DNA from: Octopus sinensis
Lineage: Eukaryota
Reading direction: 5' to 3'
NCBI RefSeq assembly: GCF_006345805.1
Contig: NW_021835127.1
Location: 1-43,410, forward strand
Length of the DNA stretch: 43,410 bases
The notes beneath the pieces were generated by a model. That model was given only the letters and a program-made list of their open reading frames with translations. It had not been told where the DNA came from and made no database searches. Positions 36,533 to 43,410 of this stretch are shown here, in pieces. Position numbers and translations under genes: made by a program. Numbering within the stretch: the stretch's first letter is position 1; each line of letters opens with the position of its first letter.

Positions 36533-36928
36533 TCTATATATATAAAGCTGAAGTTGTCTGTGTATGGCAGGTTTGGTAGCCTTCAACTAACACTATCTCC
36601 TCCGAGACCCTGCGGTGCAAGTTGACCAAAATTGAAAAATATGATAGAAGAAGGCTTGCTCTTCATTCCGTAGAAGATAAAATTTAAATCAAACCATGTT
36701 AAGACCAAAAATTATTTACATCAAAAAGGTGCTTTTTTCTATGAAAATCCCTATTTTTTACAATTTTTTGACTGCTGTGTCGCCATTTTTCGGTGTATTT
36801 CAACCAGAAAAATGTTCACTTAAAGAGAATAACAAGCTACATAATGCAAGATTTTAATTTTAAAAAATTCCAATTCTAAAGGGTCGAAGAGAAAACAAAA
36901 CTCGAGCAACGCCGGGCAATACTGCTAG
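36533..36928 (+). mobile_element. Non-autonomous Helitron-type element, copy 2
   Basis: Colinear with 21235-21625; TC...CTAG ends at an A^T target. Confidence 0.85.
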
Positions 36929-37808
36929 TATGTAAATAAATCTGCATCTGAGAGGTAATAAATCTGCGCTTAAAACTTTAGGCAAAGGGTGACAACTAAC
37001 TGAAAGGTCCTGCTATAAATATTTCTATAGATTCAGTGGAAGACATAACCTTGTCACCTGAGAAGTATGTATAACTTATAACATATCACAAAGTAAATAT
37101 ATAAGAAATGTAATAGGAAAACAAAATTAAAAGCAACAACATGGAGATAGATGAATATCTAAAAATCTAAGTCTAAGAAGCTGAACAAAACAAACTCACA
37201 AGCGCGTGCAAGAGTGTTGCGTACACAAACATAGATGTATAAACACTTTAGAATAAATAAAACAGGCAATGTTTTAGAGCAGAGAGAAAAAGAAGGAACT
37301 AATTAAAACAGAATACTAGAGGCGTATCTGATTATTATTGTAGATACAAGCAAAGGCAAAGCAAAAGAAATAGATTGAAAATGCGCGAGATCTTCTGGTA
37401 ATTAGTTAATAGAAAATATAAAGAAATATATTAGGTTTACAGAAATAGAGTTAAAAAAGATATAAACGGATGGTTCTGGATGTAGTGGTGGTGGTGGTGG
37501 TTGTGTTTGTGGATGGTAAACCTCTACCCATTATATATATCTATACGAATATATGCCTACAACTATGTACGTGAGTGTGATTTCATGTGTATATATGTAT
37601 GTGTGTGTGAGTGTGTATACACACAAATATATGTGTGAGTGAGTATGTGTATACATATATATATATGTGTGTGTGTGTGTATTTATGTAAATATATGTGT
37701 ATGTTATGTGTAAATATAGAGGGAGGGATACAAAGTCGTAAATAAATTTACATGTGTACGTTTGATAAATATACATTTAGCTTCACTGTGCAAATAGACC
37801 ATCTGGTT

Positions 37809-37854
<46 letters not shown>

Positions 37855-38164
37855 ATATACATATTATACACACAGTGTAAACAGTAAACAGATTTCAAGA
37901 ATTAGTTCTGTGATTCTCCAGTCTTGTTTCTCTGTGATCGTGGTAACTATAGAGACCGGTAGCAAGAAATTTTGACTAAATAAAAACAGAACTTTCTCTT
38001 TCAGATTATAAAAGAACAGAACCGGGTTCCGAATAATGTCGATATCGATGATGATATTAACATTGGGCGAAAGATCTGAAGGAAGATAACATCGATCTCA
38101 GTTAATTTCGTCGATAGTCAGAAAACCGGAAACTGAGAGCATCGATTCATTATTGCTTCCGATT

Positions 38165-38575
38165 CAGGCCCAAAGCCAGCAATTCCTAGAGGAGGGTGTA
38201 AGTCGATACGACCGAATCCGCTCTTAAATGGTGTTTTATTTTATCAACCTCGAAAGGATGAAAGACAAAGTTGATCTCGATGGGATCTGAACTCAGATCG
38301 TAAAGAGCCAGATGTAATGACTCTAAACATTCTACCCAACGCTCTAACGAATCTTGCCGTATTAGAAGTGCTTCTAATTTAGGTGCACGGCCAGAGATTT
38401 TAAAAGGGGAGGGACACTACTTGATTGCCTTTGCCTCAAACTTAGCTGGGGCTTTATATTCATTTCTTTATTGCCCACAGGGAGCTAAACATAGAGGGAC
38501 AAACAAAGGGATTAGGTCCATTACATCGACCCCAGTGCGTAGCTGGTACTTAGTTAGTCGACCCCGAAAGAACAG
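38165..38575 (-). mobile_element. Two adjacent diverged or partial family B SINEs
   Basis: Core motifs at 38240-38300 and 38465-38570. Confidence 0.7.
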
Positions 38576-38665
38576 GAAAATCACCCCAAAAGTGTTCTGT
38601 TTGACACCGTATCGATTCTAACAATTCATCACTCAAATATACTATTGATTTAAAATATTATACGA

Positions 38666-38727
<62 letters not shown>

Positions 38728-38809
38728 ATAATAATAATAATAATATAATAATAATAATAATAATAACAACAACAAAACAATAATAACAACAGCAACAATA
38801 ATAATAATA

Positions 38810-38848
<39 letters not shown>
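38666..38848. repeat. Compound (ACT)n-(AAT/AAC)n microsatellite
   Basis: Direct reading. Confidence 0.95.
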
Positions 38849-38850
<2 letters not shown>

Positions 38851-39849
38851 TCTTCATTATTTATTTATAATAAGGAAGTATTTAATATATATTATATAAT
38901 GCATTTATTGCAAAACAATTATTCAAGGTTATCAGTAATTATTGGATATTAGTGATAGGGTGTGTTATTATTAGCTTGTCAATGAAGATGGTATAATACA
39001 GTCCATTGATCTTTCTCCGTCTCTTTCTCATACATACAAATACACTTACACGCATGTATCTAAGTATATGTGCTTATTCTCTGGGGACACACACTACGCA
39101 CATACACATATTAAATTGCTGAGACAATACTTATAAATCCACTATTATTAAGGCGTAAAGTGTTTAGTAAAATCTATAGAAATACACTGAAGTACAATAC
39201 AGCATTGGAACAAGACACGATCGAACTGGAGCCAAGGGTGTGTAATTGAAAGCAAATCCGTCTACCCGATTTAATTAAGCTTTAGTTAATATGGATTTAT
39301 AAGCAGCGATTCCGTGGGTAGTTAAGTATATTGTACATAACAACAAGGTGCTTACATCTATCACATACAATGTTGACTAAAATCTATACACTGTGAATGT
39401 ACCTGTAATGTATTAATCTAGCTTTCAAAAATGCGTTGTAGTATGCAAATCAGTTTATTCGCTTTACTGAAGTCCTTTGTAATAGTGGATTTATTCAATC
39501 ACTAATGAAATCACAGCATAGGATTGAAACTAGATCGGATGATCCTTTTTCTTCTGTTCACAAAGATGCTGTATATAGAGATAGTGTATTTATACCTCTC
39601 TTTCTCTCTATATATAAATTGCTGGTTAGAATTGATTCAAATATTCTATAGTACATACTAAATTTTTATAGATTTAAATACACATTTCTGTATTACATCC
39701 GAAAAATACTCAAGCACTTTACACATATACATACACAGACAAACGGACACTCATAACACATATCTAGCTGTATACAGCTGGCTAAAATCTATAGATTTAT
39801 TCTGTTGTACATTTATACACACATGTCTGTATTACATTCGAGAGGTACT

Positions 39850-39908
<59 letters not shown>

Positions 39909-40181
39909 CATATATTAATACATACATACATACACGCACGTTCATACGCACATGCACAAACTCACCAGCCATTAATCTACAGATACACTCCGTAATACAT
40001 AATAGCATTTACAGATTTAAATATACATCTTTGCATTACATCCTAGAAATACTCAAACACACACATACACACACAAACATTTGTTATCTATCCTCATCTC
40101 CATTTATTGATTTTTTGCTATTTAATCAGCTTTAATCAAATGGCAATGCTTTTTTTTATTTTTCGTGTATATGTCGTATAC

Positions 40182-40216
<35 letters not shown>

Positions 40217-40587
40217 CACACACACAGAGTCAGGCACACACACATAAATGATTAAAAAGACCCGCATCGTGAGTAAAATGAAAATCTACATACATTCATT
40301 CTATATTGCTAGTGTTAGAAAAAAAGGTGGAAAGTTGTCACCTGACGGACCGTTTCACGGTTCGTCGATCGTACTCTGTATATACAGATTGTGTATGCAT
40401 ATGGGCATGTATTTTCTTTTGTTGATTGGAGATTTAGAGATCAATCGATTAAGTACCAGCTCAAGCACACGGTTGGAAGAAAAGACTTCATTTTTTTTAG
40501 GAAAGGGTTCTTGCTCTTTTCAAAAACTTTAATAATATCCTATTCTTATATGTTATCCTATTCTTATATGTTATCCTATTCATCACT

Positions 40588-40856
40588 ATTTGTGGAGGCG
40601 CGTGGCTTAGTGGTTAGGGTGTCAAATCATGATCGTAAGATTGTGGCTTCGATTCTTGCACCGGCGACGCGTTGTGTTCTTGAGTAAAACACTTCATTTC
40701 ACGTTGCTCCAGTCCACTCAGCTGGCAAAAATGAGTAACGCTGCAATGGACTGGCGTCCCGTCCAACTGGGGAACACATACGCCATTGAAACCGGGAAAC
40801 CGGGCCCATGAGCCTAGCTAGGCTTTAAAAGGGCGCATTTATTATTTTTTTTATTT
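40588..40856 (+). mobile_element. Family D tRNA-derived SINE (CORE-like middle, V-domain-like tail) with 11-bp TSD
   Basis: A-box TGGCTTAGTGG. TSD TATTCATCACT at 40577-40587 and 40857-40867. Confidence 0.9.
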
Positions 40857-41054
40857 TATTCATCACTCTATTATATTATAATTTAAGCTCCGGTGATATT
40901 TATTACTCTAGACATCGGCTTACCTCGTAGGTTATGAATTGTTGAGCTATAGTCTTTCTACAAGAACTCAAGTCCAATCATATTTGATTCAGGTAGAGTT
41001 GTGCATAACCTGTTGCTCTAATAACTGTAGATATAAAAGTGGCGTGTTTTGAGT

Positions 41055-41371
41055 ACTCTTTTTTTTTTTTACTCTTTTGCTTGTTTCAGTCATTTGAATG
41101 TAGCCATGCTGGAGCACTGCCTTCAGTCGAGCAAATCGACCCCAAGACTTATTCTTTGGAAGCCTAGTACTTATTCTATCGGTTTCTCTTGCCGAACCGC
41201 TAAGTTACGGGGACGTAAACACACCAGCATCGGTTGTCAAGCGATGTTGGGGGAACAAACACAAACGCACAAAATATACACACACATATATATATATATA
41301 TATAATAATATATATATATATATATATGAGTGGATTTGGTAGGCGGAAACTGAAAGAAGCACGTCGTATAT

Positions 41372-41414
<43 letters not shown>

Positions 41415-41584
41415 TACATATACACGACAGGCTTCTTTCAGTTTCCGCCTACCAAATCCACTCTCAAGGCTTTGGTCGTCCCGAGGCTATAGAAGACACT
41501 TGCCCAAGGTGCCACGCAGTGGGACTGAACCCGGAACCATGTGGTTGGTAAGCAAGCTACTTACCACACAGCCACTCCTATGCC
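41055..41584 (-). mobile_element. Full-length family A SINE containing an internal inverted duplication
   Basis: Reverse complement of the full family A sequence, plus a 39-bp plus-strand copy of part of its own body at 41328-41366. Confidence 0.9.
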
Positions 41585-41735
41585 TGGGTTTTTTTAAGCA
41601 GTCCATTAGGAGTTCGTAATTGTCTTCTTTCTCCTACATTTTCAGGACTAGATTAACTTTCACAACAAAATGTGAAGGACAATATCAGGTCAGTGTATGC
41701 ATCTTTCTGTTGTTCTACCGATATTGTTGTGATTC

Positions 41736-42121
41736 GGCGGAGGCGCAATGGCCCAGTGGTTAGGGCAGCGGACTCGCGGTCGTAGGATCGCGGTTTCGAT
41801 TCCCAGACCGGGCGTTGTGAGTGTTTATTGAGCGAAAACACCTAAAGCTCCACGAGGCTCCGGCAGGGGATGGTGGTGATCCCTGCTGTACTCTTTCACC
41901 ACAACTTTCTCTCACTCTTACTTCCTGTTTCTGTTGTACCTGTATTTCAAAGGGCCGGCCTTGTCACTCTCCGTGTCACGCTGAATATCCCCGAGAACTA
42001 CGTTAAGGGTACACGTGTCTGTGGAGTGCTCAGCCACTTACACGTTAATTTCACGAGCAGGCTGTTCCGTTGATCGGATCAACCGGAACCCTCGTCGTCG
42101 TAACCGACGGAGTGCTTCCAC
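41736..42121 (+). mobile_element. Family C tRNA-derived SINE with a different 3' tail and 13-bp TSD
   Basis: A-box TGGCCCAGTGG and B-box GGTTTCGATTCCC. TSD ATTGTTGTGATTC at 41723-41735 and 42122-42134. Confidence 0.9.
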
Positions 42122-42188
42122 ATTGTTGTGATTCATCGATCTCAATATTTTCATCTTTATTTGCTAGTTGTTTCGTTAACGTTTTATA

Positions 42189-42450
42189 GTGATCGCATCA
42201 TGCCTTAAGAAAAGGTGGTACCAACAGACCATTCTCTCATAGCTAGCACATTAGATGAACGGATGGTATCCATGACCGAATGGTTCGACTTTGTCATGCT
42301 GTGGGATGTAGATTAATTCTAAGGATTAGGATTAGAAATAGATTAGGAGCACATTTACAGAATGTTCAACCACTTAAGATTCTAATTCACTGAGAAAGTA
42401 GTTCATTCGATCAAATAATGTATAGCATTATATACATTACATATACATAT

Positions 42451-42489
<39 letters not shown>

Positions 42490-42499
42490 TATATATATA

Positions 42500-42542
<43 letters not shown>

Positions 42543-42790
42543 GTATGGGAAGAGTATATGAATATAAACAAATTACAAAATGTCGGTACGCCTAGTAAAC
42601 CATAACGGTTAAGCTTCATGCGGATTGGTCAAAACCGTATCCCGTCAATTCAGCCTGTCGGGGCGGTCGAAGAGGTAGTACAGTTGGCAAGAACTCAACT
42701 GTCATTTAAATACATTTGAAATCTGATGATTACTAGCTATGAGAGAATGGTTTGTTGGTACAACCTTCTCTTAAGGCATGATGCGGTCAC
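42189..42790. mobile_element. MITE-like element or fold-back with 58-bp inverted termini
   Basis: 42189-42246 and 42733-42790 are reverse complements at 54/58 positions. No clear TSD. Confidence 0.7.
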
Positions 42791-42894
42791 GGGGATCGAT
42801 CTGCTACAAAACGTTAAAGAAACAATTTGCTAATGAAGATGAAAATATTGAGATCGATGAATGAAAACACTATCGGTAAATGATTACAAAATAT

Positions 42895-43129
42895 AAGGCG
42901 GTGAGCTGGCAGAAACGTTAGCACGTCGGGCGAAATGCGTAGCCGTATTTCGTCTACCGTTACGTACTGAGTTCAAATTCCGCCGAGGTCGACTTTACCT
43001 TTCATCCTTCTGGGGTCAATTAAATAAGTACCTGTTACGCACTAGGGTCGATATAATCGACTTAAGCCATTTGTCTGTCTTTGTTTGTCCCCTCTGTGTT
43101 TAGCCTCTTGTGGACAGTAAAGAAATAGA
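42895..43129 (+). mobile_element. Full-length family B SINE with 18-bp TSD
   Basis: TAAATGATTACAAAATAT at 42877-42894 and 43130-43147; B-box GAGTTCAAATTCC. Confidence 0.95.
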
Positions 43130-43410
43130 TAAATGATTACAAAATATTCTTTTTAATGTTAATATACCATAATAAAGAACGTGAAAGCCAGACCATTTTT
43201 TAATTTTATTCAACTGATGTATTATTCTATACACATTCAGACAAATTCGATATATATATATGTATGAATAGAAGTGTGTGTTTGTATATATATGTCTATA
43301 GGTGTGTGTTTTGTGTTTGTCCCTCCCCATCGCTTGTTAACCGCAGATGGCTTGTTTACATCCGCACATGTGATTTAGCAGGTCAGCATAAGAGTAGTAG
43401 ATAGTATAGA

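Noticed and set aside
38005-38079. Possible plus-strand exon after CTTTCTCTTTCAG (IIKEQNRVPNNVDIDDDINIGRKI*)
   Set aside because: The acceptor is good but the segment is too short to distinguish from chance without RNA data.
2390-43330. Dozens of ORFs rich in IY, YI, NNN, LLL, VC or HT
   Set aside because: These are translations of (TA)n, (AAT)n, (ACT)n and (CA)n microsatellites that lack stops in some frames.

Overview
AT-rich, microsatellite-dense eukaryotic genomic DNA. The SINE families look like those of octopod cephalopods (Octopus sp.); this is recognition from memory, not a database hit. Only one convincing host-gene segment is visible: a ~1 kb Ser/His-rich coding exon on the minus strand (13299-12280) with a strong splice acceptor. 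The rest is transposon debris and simple repeats. These include four tRNA-derived SINE families, a full-length decayed mariner with nested insertions, a second mariner remnant, a decayed piggyBac transposase next to a palindrome-core minisatellite, a Penelope-like RT fragment, R4/Dong-type LINE 3' ends in (TAA)n arrays, Helitron-type elements and MITEs. The most notable observations are (1) a ~110-bp-arm inverted repeat at 33.2-33.4 kb in which each arm is a minimal hammerhead ribozyme motif, one per strand; (2) a 64-bp copy of the host exon inserted with microhomology into the mariner 4.8 kb away; (3) the 11-unit array at the piggyBac 5' end; and (4) head/tail-shuffled SINEs, each with its own target-site duplication (TSD). 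All alignments were done by eye, so edges may be off by a few bases. Some duplications may be long-read assembly artefacts.
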